In this document: positions 29,841 through 58,583 of the stretch, one piece after another
Position numbering within the stretch: position 1 is the first letter of the stretch
How the letters are laid out: each line of letters starts with the position of its first letter
From: the human T2T-CHM13v2.0 reference genome, Homo sapiens
DNA: 64,000 bases
Direction: 5' to 3' (one strand)
NCBI RefSeq assembly: GCF_009914755.1
Contig: NC_060929.1
Notes under the pieces: generated by a model
Databases searched by the model: none
What the model saw: the letters and a program-made list of their open reading frames with translations, nothing else
What the model was told of the DNA's origin: nothing
Made by a program: the position numbers and the translations under genes

Positions 29841-32544
29841 CATGAGCCAATGTGCCTGGCAATAATACCAATTTTTTTTAACCTGCCTTTTTCATCAAGT
29901 TCTGTTTTCTACTCTTTATTTCAACTGTAGTGAGTGTTAGGTAAGGCTGTTGATTGGGGTTCAAAGCTGAGAACTTCAGGCCTCAGTTGGTTCTAGTTCC
30001 AGCATTGCTTTTCACTTAACTTCTCTGAGTTTCATTTCCTTCCATGATAATGAGAGAATTGGGCCCTTTGACACTAAATAACACTGGGTGGGTGGATCTG
30101 AAGACATTTTATCTGCTTATTCTTTTCACTCTTATGTCTCTGTCAACCGGATTGACAGATTCCTCATGTTTTCACTCTGGTCCACAGCACACACTCGGGC
30201 TCCTTGAAACCCTTATACTAAAGTTGGTTCTTTTAAAAGCAAAATGCCAGGAAGTAGGAGGGCAAGCCGGGCGATCCCTAATTATGAACATCGTGTCATG
30301 CCTATTCTGCATTTAACAGAATTATAGTGGTATCGTAACCTAAGACTTTGGAGTTAACACATCAAGAGATCTAATCTCTGCCTAGCGTTAGAACAGACAG
30401 ACTTAAGACAGGCTGACTTCACTTTTTGGATGGTAAAGTCAAAGGATTGAGTTTTGTTTAACCTTTTGAATTTTGAACTTTTACCTAATGGTGAGATGAT
30501 AAAGGAGTTTAGAAGGTAGATTTGGGTCTGACCTCACCTGATAAGGAAAAATGTTTGGTTTAGTACATGATTCCTTTTAAGAGGCCAGATTTGGAAAGTA
30601 GGTGTAAGCCAGACATGGTATTCAACAGAGAAAAATGAGGACCAGTTATGAAAGCTTTAGAATAATTTTATATAGATGAAATGGAATCAATCCAAAGAAC
30701 ACACCGTTAAATACATAGCCGATCTTTTGCTGCTTTAATCAAGGTAACTGTCATGATTTCTTTCCTGAATTGAAGAACCGAACCACAGCCTGATGAGAGG
30801 CTGAGTTACAGCACGTTATGTTTATTGGCTGCAAATAAACGTGTCCAGTACTCCTAAGAGCAGTGCTCACTCCATCCTTGGCTTTGCCAGCCTCGTCTGC
30901 TTCCCTTAGATTCCTGAGTGTGACTTCCTAAGATGTATGTGGGACTCTAATGTCAAGGTTGCTGTTTTTGTTGATGTTCACTTTCCTACAGCCTTGTGGG
31001 GTGTGCTGCTACCATGGAATCTCCTTGGAGGGGTGGCTTCGGCTTCAGATCCAGCATCCTGGAAGTTACTTGGTTTAGCAAGGCATTGTTGCCTGGTAGA
31101 TGATCTGATATGGTTGACCACAGTCTGAAGGCATAGAAATGCTGTTTTATTATAAAGTCCGGGCCAGGAAAGAAATAGAGGATATTGATAATTAGGCCTC
31201 TGCCCTGTGGGAGCTGTTTTTCTATGCATTCCTAAAATACTTGAGTGCTTGTGAGGTGTATAGTACTGAAGTAGGGGAAGACTGGGCTCCAAAGGGGTTT
31301 GTGATCTGTTGGGGTGTTGAATTAAGCCATACTTGGGAGAAGTTCAATAGTGCAAGGTGTCGTGTGGTTAAAAAGTAAATCTTTTACTCCGAGTACTCTG
31401 GCTGGGTATTCTGCTGCCATTTCAGGTTCAGCCATGTCTCCATTTCAGTTCCCAATATCATAGTTTTCCTTGTCAGGGTCAGAACCTGTCGCGTCACTTT
31501 TTTCTCCTCTTCCTCAAATCCATTTGCTCTCATTATGTCTCTTGTGTCCGCCTTTCCTTTCCATTCCTCCTTCAGGCACCCTGATTTCTGCCCCAACTTA
31601 CTACAGCTCTGAATTATGGCAGGTGCTCCTCATCTGGTCTCCCTGGCTCTACCGTCATCTATCTACAGAATACCACCCTGTTTATCTTCCTGGTGTAGCA
31701 CTTCCTGAAATAGATCAGCTTGCCTCAGAAACTGTCAGTAGTTCTCTGGGGCCTGCAGCAGGATTTTTTGTTTTGTTTTGTTTTGCTTTTCTGTTTTGTT
31801 TTGTTTAACCTAAGGTCTCTGATTGTAGAGAGTACATGCCCCTTGAAATGCGATATAAAATGTTATAAGCACACAACTTTTGCCGGGTCACCAGCGGTCC
31901 CATGAGCCACAACAGATAAGAACGGCTAACCTGCAGGTCATGTCCAGCTCTGACTTGACTGTCAAGGCCTTCCCTCCCCAGTCTGCCTTCCTTCTCACTA
32001 CTTTCCCCTCCAGGCCCTAGTGGTGTGGGCCCTTGTTCTTGACCTCATTAGCTTTACTTGGTTTTTCCTGACTCTCACTACCCTATTACATTCATTAATT
32101 TAGAAAACAACTTAGTAAATACACTCTCCCGTGAAAATTCCTTCTGCTTTCTTGCCTCAGTTCACCCATTCTCTCTTAATTCTTTCTGATGCTTTCTCTT
32201 TCAGTGCCCAGCTGGCAAATCCTAGCACTTCCTTCCTTGGCTACTTTGTTTCAAAGTGATTTCTTTTCTTTCTGAACATATTTAGCTCTCCAGTTTTTGC
32301 CATTCATTTGGTACATTGCCTTGAATTGTTAAATACATGCTTAACTCCTTGTATTTAATCTCCTACAATATATAGCCTTACATATCATAGTAAAGAAGGA
32401 ATTATTTTGCAAATTTATCTAAAATTTTTAAACAGATAAAAATTAAGCCTAATATATCGTTTAAGAAGAATATTCACTTACTTTTCCCCGAACAGATTTC
32501 TTGGTTCTAGACTTAATATTTTTATGTTATCTTCATTGTCAGTT

Positions 32545-36004
<3,460 letters not shown>

Positions 36005-36503
36005 CTAGAAAAAGAAAAGTGTCATTTGTCACCTACACTCGAGATAGCCAGAACGGGGAGCAAGCTACAGGGCAGCCTCCAGTACAAGACCAATGCAAGG
36101 AGCCCGCTCCCCAGGAGCCTGGCCCCAGAGCAGAGTTCGCCATGCCTGCGGAACCTCCCCTCCATGCTATAAGAGGGAAGGGAAAAATACAGACTCTTGA
36201 AACTGCGGTGAATTCATTAGATTCCAGCACAATCAATCTCAGTCAGCTTCATTCTTCCTGCTTTCTGTAACATAGAGTGTTACTTGTGCTCCTCATTTCA
36301 GCAGTGTCCTTGGTTACTGGACCTTTTGCCACAGCCCTGCAAAACCTGGCCAAACTTGCACCAAGTTGATTATCCTGTGTTTCATATTTTGTTGAGCATC
36401 TGTGCATTTTAAAGTGTTGGCTTGGTTAACTTTCTCGATGTTAACTTTTTGCCTTCCTGAGGAATGTATGAGGACCAGTTACCAGAATGGTTTTGTTTTG
36501 CAG

Positions 36504-36997
36504 GTCACGAGAAGAGAATGCCTTCTAGATGCAAAATCACCTCCAAACCAGACCACTTTTCTTGACTTGCCTGTTTTGGCCATTAGCTGCCTTAAACGTT
36601 AACAGCACATTTGAATGCCTTATTCTACAATGCAGCGTGTTTTCCTTTGCCTTTTTTGCACTTTGGTGAATTACGTGCCTCCATAACCTGAACTGTGCCG
36701 ACTCCACAAAACGATTATGTACTCTTCTGAGATAGAAGATGCTGTTCTTCTGAGAGATACGTTACTCTCTCCTTGGAATCTGTGGATTTGAAGATGGCTC
36801 CTGCCTTCTCACGTGGGAATCAGTGAAGTGTTTAGAAACTGCTGCAAGACAAACAAGACTCCAGTGGGGTGGTCAGTAGGAGAGCACGTTCAGAGGGAAG
36901 AGCCATCTCAACAGAATCGCACCAAACTATACTTTCAGGATGAATTTCTTCTTTCTGCCATCTTTTGGAATAAATATTTTCCTCCTTTCTATGGAAA
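36504..36997 (+). other. ATP6V0E1: ATP6V0E1 terminal non-coding exon (3'UTR), proximal poly(A) form
   Basis: Acceptor ttttgttttgcag|GTCACGAG at 36503/36504. Unique, repeat-free sequence matching the recalled mRNA junction TTTGAG|GTCACG. AATAAA at 36969-36974, followed by a GT-rich tract. The cleavage position is approximate. Confidence 0.88.
36969..36974 (+). terminator. Proximal poly(A) signal of ATP6V0E1
   Basis: AATAAA with downstream G/T-rich element (ggtgtttgt, ~37007-37015). Confidence 0.8.
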
Positions 36998-37520
36998 TCT
37001 GGGCTCGGTGTTTGTAAAGTTCATTTTTATAAGCTTTTCTATCGCTACATAATGCCTTTTTAAAAAATGATTTTGTAGTCTAAACTTAGGTTGAGTATAT
37101 AAACCCTGCCATGTAGCTTGAGATGCCTGAAAAGACTGGTAAGTGCGTTTCTTAATCGTTCAGTAACTATTTGAGTGCCTACTGCAGCCAAGGCACTGGA
37201 GGGATCAAAGATGTGTAAATTTGGAGTCCCTGCAAGTTCACAAGCTATTTGGAGAGATAAGGTTAGTATACATAGAACTGTAATATAAGGTTGTGTTGGA
37301 GCATTGTCCTTAAAGATGGTACCATGGTGAGCAGTTCAAGGTTACCTGCCAGCTGCAGAACAAGGCAGCAAATGCTCCTGAGATGGAACCATCACAGCCT
37401 CAGACATAGGACTAAAGAAGTCAAGAGTGATTAAAAAGCCAGGGGCAGGAGACAGTAATTTTGTATTTCAGTAGCAGGCATCTCGATACACTAATTTGAG
37501 AGCTTTATTACTTTTAAGAA

Positions 37521-37533
37521 ATTAAAAATTAAA
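37521..37533 (+). terminator. Candidate distal poly(A) signals of ATP6V0E1 (tandem ATTAAA)
   Basis: ATTAAA at 37521-37526 and 37528-37533, then T-rich sequence, about 550 nt past the proximal signal. Confidence 0.6.
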
Positions 37534-37845
37534 ATGAACCTAAATTTTCACCAGCTCATGGCTTTTTGACAGCCAGCCAAGAATGGATTTCCTGTTTTGC
37601 AGTTTCTACTTTCTATTCCTCCCAAACTGTCTGAACTCATTACTTTGCTATTCTTATGACCAAAGTGAGTTTCAAGTTGAAGTGACTCTCCTGCTCTCGT
37701 TTCTTTTCATTCTTTACTTTTGTTTTGCGCAGTCTGTTAGGCAACTCCATGCTTTACGTTTCCAGCAGGAGGGCCACATTAGCTAATTTCATGGAATACA
37801 TGAAACATTGATGATTTGAAGTTGAAGGGGGCTATGGTGATATAG

Positions 37846-40493
<2,648 letters not shown>

Positions 40494-42021
40494 TTACTTT
40501 TCCCCTGGCCCTTTTATTTCAACTTTCTCTCAAGAGTTGAGTGGATGAAATCAATTGCAGAAAATTCATAATTTTCAAAGGAAAGCGCAACATAAAACAT
40601 TGTAAATAATACCTATCTCAGTACAGTTGACTAGAAATAACCTAATGCCGACGTAAGGAGCTGTTTAAATCATGTTGCTGCATCCAAATGAAGTAAAATC
40701 AATTTTGTTTTCAAAATACATGCCTAGAAAAGAGACAGAAAAGAGAACAAAATTACTAGCGTTGCTTGCCTCTAGATGGTAATTACAAGTCATCTTATTT
40801 TTCTTTTTCCTTTTCAGCATTTTTTCCAATGAAAATGTAATAGTGTAGTAAAAAGAAACAATGGAAGTTAATTTAATAGCAAAAGATAATGGCCAGAATA
40901 TTATGTTACAAGAAAAAAAATAAAACAGGATTTTAAACAGCTATACATAGAAAAAAGCCTGGTAGGAAACAGACCAAGATGTCAAAAGTGATTATTTCTT
41001 TTACAATATTGTGTCTTCCAACTTTTCCATAAACAGCATGTATTACTTTTATAATCAGAAAAAAAAAAAGATATTTTTGAGGGCATCATTGTCAGAAGTG
41101 TTAGTACTTCCTTCAAATATAATTTAGTGCACACACACACTTTTTAAAAAAGTTATTCAGGGTCAGGGGAAATGCAGTCAGCTAGATTTATTAAAACATT
41201 GAAGCTATTATGAATCAATGAAAATCAGTGAGCTCACACAGAAATTGTGATTGTTTTCATTGTGCAGGACAGAGCACTGATCATTCCGTGTATAAAACTC
41301 TAACCTCCTTTTGTATAGGTGCTCACAGTGACAGCATGGGGAAATGAAAAGGGAGCATTGATTTTGATTCTTCCCACATAGAAAAGTGGAAGCCTAGGGT
41401 ATTAATGCTCTGGGGTCCCACACCGCTTAGAAAAAGCCCCACTGTTCTTCTATGCCCAGCTGCTCCAAGCAAAGCTTTCTTTCAGGCTGTCCCTGCTTCA
41501 GTTAGACTCCCATCTCAATGAAATGTATTGGCCCTCTTTTCCCAAATCCCGCTGCCCCCAAGCCAGCTCCAAAAGAAGGGGATATTCCAGTAGCTGAGGA
41601 TGCTCAGCAGCTAATACTGCCGCCCCCATGAATCCAATCAAGATTCCATTTCAGTTTCTGTCAGGATGTTGACATGGTTTCCATGGTTTCTTTACACCGT
41701 CCACAGTGTGGTACTACTGTGGGTTGCCACTCCAAAACAGAACAAGCAGAGTAGATATTTTGTCAAAGTAAGCCTGTATTTGAGGAAGGGTGAGTTAAGA
41801 AGCTAAGTGTGACTTTGTCCAAGCTGCAGATGCTTTTCAACAACAGGTTGAAAAAGTAGTTCAGCCAGATTCAACCAGGTTGCACAGGTATTTTCAGCTC
41901 CTGTTTTTTGTCCTGATGTTAGCTGCTTGAGCAAAAAGACTCAGCAACCTGACCTCCTGCAGCCTAGAGTTTAGCAGGGAAGAGAATTAAACAGTAATAA
42001 TGAATGGTTATTTATGCTACA

Positions 42022-42737
<716 letters not shown>

Positions 42738-42899
42738 CTACAATGGGGCCATAATTATTAGTTAATACACATAAACTTCCGTTGAGTGATTAGTTATGTG
42801 GGGGCAGTAAGGGACAGGGAGGAGCTGAGAATTACACCAGGTTCTGACTGAGTGATGGAGCCCTTTACTAGGATGGAGGCACAGGGGATACAACAAACT

Positions 42900-44551
42900 T
42901 GTTATAGCCTGATGGGTTCTTCTTGCCTGCTGCCCAGAAATGCCAATGCACTGAGAACAGCCGAAGTGTTGCAGCAGAGAAATAATTTTTTTTTTTTTTT
43001 TGAGATGGAGACTCGCTCTGTCGCCCAGGCTGGAGTGCAGTGGTGCAAGCTCCGCTCACTGCAAGCTCTGCCTCCTGGGTTCATGCCATTCTCCCGCCTC
43101 AGCCTCCTGAGTAGCTGGAACTACAGGCGCCTGCCACCACGCCTGACTTTTTTGTATTTTTAGTAGAGACGGGGTTTCACCCCATTAGCCAGGATGGTCT
43201 CGATCTCCTGACCTTGTGATCTGCCTGCCTCGGCCTCCCAAAGTGCTGGGATTACAGGCGTGAGCCACAGCACCCGGCCGAAAAAGAATTTAATAATCAA
43301 AATGCCAGCCAAGCAGAAGGACTGGAAATCATTCTCAAATCTGCCTCCCCGAGAATTCAGAGGCTAGAGTTATTTTATTTTATTTATTTTAATTTTATTT
43401 TTGAGACAGATTCTCACTCTGTCACCAGGCTGGAGTGCATGGTGCGATCTCAGCTCACTGCAACCGCTGCTTCCTGGGTTCAAGCGATTCTCCTGCCTCA
43501 GCCTCCCGCGTAGCTGAGACTACAGGTGCGCACCACCACACACAGCTAATTTTTGTACTTTTAGTAGAGACAGGGTTTCACCATGTTGGCCAGGATGGTC
43601 TTGATCTCTTGACCTCGCGATCCGCCCACCTTGGCCTCCCAAAGTGCTGGGATTACAGGTGTCAGCCACTGCGCCCTGCTGAGGCTAGAGTTTTTTTGTT
43701 TTGTTTTGTTTTGTTTTTGAGACGGAGTCTTGCTCTGTCACCCAGGCTGGAGTGCAGTGGTGCGATCTCAGCTCACTGCTCCCGGGTTCACACCATTGTC
43801 CTGCCTCAGCCTCCCAAGTAGCTGGGACTACAGGCGCCCGCCACCACTCCCAGCTAATTTTTTTGTATTTTTAGTAGAGATGGGGTTTCACCGTGTTAGC
43901 CAGGATAGTCTCGATCTCCTGACCTCGTGATCCACCCACCTCAGCCTCCCAAAGTGCTGGGATTACAGGCGTGAGCCACCGTGCTTGGCCCTCTGAGGCT
44001 ACAGTTTTTAAAGGAAAGCTGGGTGGGCAGGTGGCTAGGGAATGGGTAGTGCTGACTGAGTAGGGGATGAAATTATAAAGGGTTGAAGTTGTCTTCTTGC
44101 ACTAAGTCAGTTCCTGGGTCGGGGGTCACAAGACCAGTTGGGTCAGTTTCTGGGTTATGGGTTGCCCATCCTAGTGGCGCCAGCTGGTCCATCAAAATAC
44201 AAGGTCTGAAAGATACCTCAAACACCAGCCGTAGGTTCTACGATAGTGACGTTATCTATAGGAACAATTGAGGGGGTTACAAATCTTGTGACCTCCAGCT
44301 ACATGACTCCTGGACCATAATTCTGACCTTGTGGTTAATCTGTTAGTTTTATGAAGGCAGTTTAGTCCCTGTGTGATGAAGAGGTTCGTTATCTTTGTTT
44401 AAAGTTAAACTATAAACTAAATTCCTCCCATAGTTTTCTTGCCCTATACACAGGAATGAGCAAAGATGGTCAGCTGGTGAGGTTAGAAGCAAGATGGAGT
44501 CAGCAATGCTGGATTTCTGTCACGATCATAATCTTTGCAAAGATGGTTTCA
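42900..44551 (-). mobile_element. LTR8-family ERV1 solo LTR carrying three Alus, embedded in L2
   Basis: Minus strand starts tgaaaccatctttgcaaagattatga..gactccatcttgcttctaacctc (LTR8-like). TG/CA termini, 4-bp TSD aact/agct. Alus at ~42985, ~43370 and ~43690. Confidence 0.8.
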
Positions 44552-45176
44552 AGCTTAGGGACACAGTGGAGTCCAGCTGTGGACAAAGAGTTGCAGGGAC
44601 CTGAGGTGTCCATGCAGGGACACCCCCAGTGGGCAATTGTTATTTGGGCCTGGAGGTTAAGAAGGACCAGGCTGGAGGTTAGAATGTGGGCACCAATGCA
44701 GAGATAATGGAAGCTGTGGGTGTGGATAAGGGCCAGGAAGAATGTGTGTAGAGTGAGAGGAGAGGCTGTCTAAGCTGCAGGCCTGAGGGGCACCCACTCT
44801 TAAGGGTGGACAAGGGAAGAGGAGGACTCTGTAAGGGGCAGCCATTGTAAATGGCCCTGGTTTGGATAGCTGTCGGCACCACCCTCACCCCCAGCTTATT
44901 AAGTATTTTACATTACATTATCCTAGGAAGTAAGTGGGACACATATTGTACCTCTTTTATAGCTGGATAAACAGATCAACAGTACATCAAACCTACTCTC
45001 ATTCCAACAGCTTGGCTGCCCTTCAGCTGGTATGTTTACAGGGACTCCAACCAGCCCTCACTCACCTGACAGCCAAGCTGCCCATTTCTGAGATTCTAGG
45101 AGCCGCTTACAGCTGTTTTTTTTTTTCCTACTTTTTCATCATTATTATCAGTCCTGTGGCTAACAATAATACCTAA

Positions 45177-45868
<692 letters not shown>

Positions 45869-45930
45869 TAAATACATTTATTATCTTCATTTTATAGATG
45901 AAGAAATTGAGGCCCAATGTTCCAAGCTGT

Positions 45931-47039
<1,109 letters not shown>

Positions 47040-48094
47040 GTGTTAATTAGAGGAAATGGGGTTTAAACCCAGGGGAGTCCGACTTTAGGGTTCAGGGCTG
47101 TCACTGAGGCTCCATTTTTCTGAGGTAAAATTCCTCACTTTACCCATCGATGACGGTCTTGTAGCCTTAGTTTCTTGGCCACACCTTCAACCTTTCAGTG
47201 CCTATGGTTGTTCCTAGCCCCAAAAGGTCACATGGTTCTTCTAATACCTTCCATTAAGAAGCCAATAGCTTTCTGAAAATGAGGCCAGAGGCCATTTGGA
47301 GAATCCTAAACCTACTACCTGGGAACGGGCAGGGTCTTGTGGTTCTGAATGTCCTCAGAATGAATTTCCTGCCATCCCTGGGATTCCAGCTCCCCTCTCT
47401 CCACAGCTCCCCACAAGACAGGGTTGGAATTGCTAATCCCCTGCCTTTGGGGCAGACTATCAGACCCAAAGGTAGTTCTTTGTGTTTTTTTTTTTTCCGG
47501 TGACACTTCAATGCCCTCATGCAATAAAGGGGCCTTCCTTGATTTTCCTGAGTTGCCCAAGGGGGCCGGCACCTGCAAGTCCCAGGGAGGGTGAGCACTT
47601 CATGCTCTCTGCCAGCGTTTCTGAAGCATGGGGTCGGAATGGGATTTTCCAGTGTTACATTGCATGTGGATAGACGGTGCAGGTCCCTGAGAAAGCATCG
47701 CCTCATCTCACCTGCCTCTGCCTGGAAAGTTTCACCCCTCTCAGCTCAGCTCCAGGGGCATGTCCTGGAGGCAGTGCCCCGCCTCCTTCCCTCCAGAGGT
47801 GTGCGCTGTTTGCTTCCCACAGCAACCTTTGCTTATCTCCGTTATCACAGTTGTACATAACTCTGTCTTTCCCAGGGGCTGCAGAAGCTTTACTGGGCAG
47901 GATCCCTTGTTTGTTCGAGTTTGATCCCTACCATCTTGCACAAAAAGCTGTTCAGTAAATGTTCATTCACTGCAAGTTGGCTTGGAAAAAAAAGTCTTGT
48001 GAGAGATCACCTTTTTTTTTTTTTTTAATTCCAGTCTCTAGGTATTGAGTTTTCTTAAAGGATGGTAAAACTGTCTGACCTGGACCTCTAACAT

Positions 48095-49350
<1,256 letters not shown>

Positions 49351-49407
49351 CCAACAATAGCCATCTTTTACCTAGTGCTTATTGTGTGCCAGCGCCTAAG
49401 GACATTA

Positions 49408-51304
<1,897 letters not shown>

Positions 51305-51649
51305 GTTATATTAGTTGCCTTATGCTTCACCAGATTTTAATTGGATTGGGGCAGGGCAGAAAGCAGTATTACACATTTCCTGCCTTCTTAATACTCCCAA
51401 CCCCTCTGTTCCTCACCCAGAGAGGAGACAAAAAACCCACGTACTGGGTCCTCCCTTCTCCCATGGTGTTCACAGGAGCCTGAACCTGTGTCAATACACC
51501 CTTTGTTAGGAGGAGGGGAGAACCACCCTCTACTTTGTCCTAATCCCTACTTCAAGTCCCACCATTACTCCCAATTTTCCCAAAGATGGTTTCTTCTTTC
51601 GCCAAGCTGGGGCGAGGTGACCGGGTGAGTAGACAAGAGGCCCCCTCTT

Positions 51650-56075
<4,426 letters not shown>

Positions 56076-57059
56076 GAATTAAAAGGAGTTCTTGGTTTGT
56101 TTCCCCCATTGTATCATATTTGTGTAAAGCGTGTTTTGCTGACTCATGCTATTCCAGAATGTAAATTATTCCGCAGGAACCAGGTTAAACACTTTGGAAG
56201 TGGCGATGCCAGTTGGTTACTACTTTGTGGCTAGAACAAGAAGCCAATGATGTTACAGAGTTCCAACTTCCTGCCAACTTTGACTGTGACAGAATCTGGC
56301 AGGATAAAACCCAGAGAAACACAAATCAATTCAGAGCCAGTGATTTCATTCATTTTGGAGCAGGATATAGTCATTAACAAACCTTGATGGAAAGGTCTCC
56401 TTTAGCCAAAACCTCATCCTTTCCAAGACGACGGAAGAGGGAAATGTGGGAATCCAATGTAACTCACTAGTAAACACCTTCAGTGGGCGGAGCCTCACGC
56501 TAGGAGATAAACCTGGCTGCCCCCTGACCCCAAGGAACTGCCCAGTAGAGGAGATGAACGTGCCCGTGTCCAGATAGCAGTGTAACAATGGAAGGTCTAA
56601 CCATCTGCTGGAGCTTTTTCAAATATAGTGTTACAAGAGAGGATGGTCTGTCATGTATGCCGGGGAGATTTGATGCATGAATCTCATGTGAACGAGTCGG
56701 GGTAACCTGCCTCAAACTTCCCAGCTAGTTTTCCTCTTTTTCAATTTTAAATTCCAGCTGATGTGGAAAATTAGAATGTGGTATGTGTTAGATTTAAAAA
56801 AATTATAATCCTGGTACTCACTTTGCAGTAGGGGAAATACTCATTCCTTCATTGGGCATGGAGGCCCTACTATGTGGTTGGTATTGTGGCGGCTACAGAG
56901 GAGAGATTTATGCTTTTAGTTTCCTGTTAGGTATCTACATATAGTTATCTATTCATTTTGTGTACAGAAGTATTATTTTAGTGGCTGTTAACCTGCTAAA
57001 GTCTAAAGTTATCTGTACTTGCTATTTAGTCTACAGTACATCTTCCAAATGATGCCCTT

Positions 57060-57985
57060 AAACAATTTAATAATTCAACTATTGATTGAGTGCTTACTAT
57101 ATGCCAGGCACTATGATAAGTGCTTTATATGAATTATTTCACTTAGTTCTCACATCAACCCCAGAAGGTACTAACAGAGGAGGAAATTGAGCTTCACAGA
57201 GGTTAATTTGTGTTGCTTTACACGTGGTGAAACAAGGATTCAAATCCAGACTATTCATTCAACCAGTATGTAATGACTGTCTATGTGCCGGGCATGGAAG
57301 TTACAGGATAAACACTGCCCAGTCCCTGCTCTCCTGATGATTATGATCTGTGGGTCTTTTTGATTCCAAAGTCCATGGTTTTGACAATGACACTATACTA
57401 CTTCTCTAAATCTGTGCAAAAGGGAGTCACATTTTCAAAGGCGATTCCTCCTAACAGAAACCTGGGCAGGTGTCTTTATTCCCGTCTTCCTTTCCCTGTG
57501 CTTACTAAAATCAAATTTCTGTTGTGTGTTCAGATCAATTCCGTGCCTTTAAGATGTATAAAAAGCATCTGGAAGAATAGGCTGTGATAAAAGACAAGGG
57601 CTCCAGCCCTAGCTAGCTCACTTACTAGCTGCCTGACCTCGGGCAAGTAACTTAACTCCTCTCAGTCTTAATTTTCCTGTCTGAAAAATGGATATATTAC
57701 TACTGCATGTGCTTGCAGGGAAAACTAATTGAGATGATAAGCCCACCATATAGCACTCGTTCAATAAAGGGACGCTGTTGTTATTAAGAGGATCAGTAAG
57801 TGCAAGAAAACGACCATGTGTCACGGAGGTTTGTTTGTCTAGGCGCTTCTGTAGTAGTGGCATTCTGGTTGTACAGTCGTATACGGGTCTCTCTCTTCAA
57901 AGGTGCACGCAGTCTGATTGATCCCTGTGCCTCGGAATCCGTGCTAAATAAATATTGAGTCGGTGAATGAATGAACGAACGACAA
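57060..57985. mobile_element. MIR/L2 fragments upstream of the CREBRF promoter
   Basis: tgagtgcttactatatgccaggcact; gggcaagtaacttaac..ctgtctgaaaaatgg; aataaatattg..tgaatgaatgaa. Confidence 0.75.
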
Positions 57986-58455
57986 AAGGCAAGGTTTGTC
58001 TCTCACTTAATTAAGACGTTCAGATGGGGAGAAGGTCCATCACCCATGACATCGATACAATCCCCCTACTAATCAAGTTAGCCACTTCAAGTTTCAGTGA
58101 ACTTAAACTACAAAATGGGCAAAAGGACACCTCATGCCTCACAGCGCAGTTCTGAGATCTGATAAAACGCTAGATTTGAAGCCTTTGTAAAAAGGAACAT
58201 CCTCTCCCATCCTGGGCGTGCTGCCGGGTATCGCAGACGGCCCACGCCCACACTGCAGAGGCCGGCACCGAGCCCCCGCTCCGCCCTCTCTTCCTGGTTT
58301 TTCCCGGCAACCCGCCCCTCCGGCGACACGTGACAGGGGTGCCCGGCCGGACTCAGCCCCTGATTGGCCGGGCTGTGGAACGCCTCGCGATTGGCCCGAG
58401 GCCGGCGGGCCCCCGCCTCCCTCCTCCTCCTCGCCGCGGCCCACGTGAGGGGGGC

Positions 58456-58583
58456 GAGTCACGCGATTTCCGGGAACCCGTCAGGAAGGACATAAACAAA
58501 ACAAACCCGAGGCAGCATGGAGAGGGGCCGTGGCCCCTGCAGCGGAACCGGACCCAGTCCCTGAGCCGCCCCTACACCCACAG
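58456..58583 (+). other. CREBRF: CREBRF exon 1 (5'UTR); intron 1 runs to the window end
   Basis: Strong donor CAG|GTGAGC at 58583/58584 inside the CpG island. Sequence GGACATAAACAAAACAAACCCGAGGCAGCATGG.. recalled as the CREBRF 5' end, consistent with known adjacency to ATP6V0E1. TSS is approximate and no CREBRF CDS is present in the window. Confidence 0.85.
58517..58564 (+). other. uORF (15 aa, MERGRGPCSGTGPSP*) in CREBRF exon 1
   Basis: agcATGg has A at -3 and G at +4. In-frame TGA at 58562-58564, fully within exon 1. Translation is not demonstrated. Confidence 0.6.

Noticed and set aside
30044-30316. 90-aa ATG ORF with a hydrophobic stretch in the ATP6V0E1 intron
   Set aside because: It starts in a MIR-like fragment, has no recognisable homology and no promoter or splice support; length is within chance.
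47254-47958. Cluster of 63-150 aa ORFs in unique intergenic DNA
   Set aside because: They overlap on both strands, mostly have non-ATG starts, and show no domain-like sequence or exon structure.
58349-58394. Possible ERSE/ERSE-II in the CREBRF promoter
   Set aside because: The ATTGG boxes lack CGTGG at N9 spacing (nearest is TGTGG at N11) and lack the ATTGG-N-CCACG arrangement.
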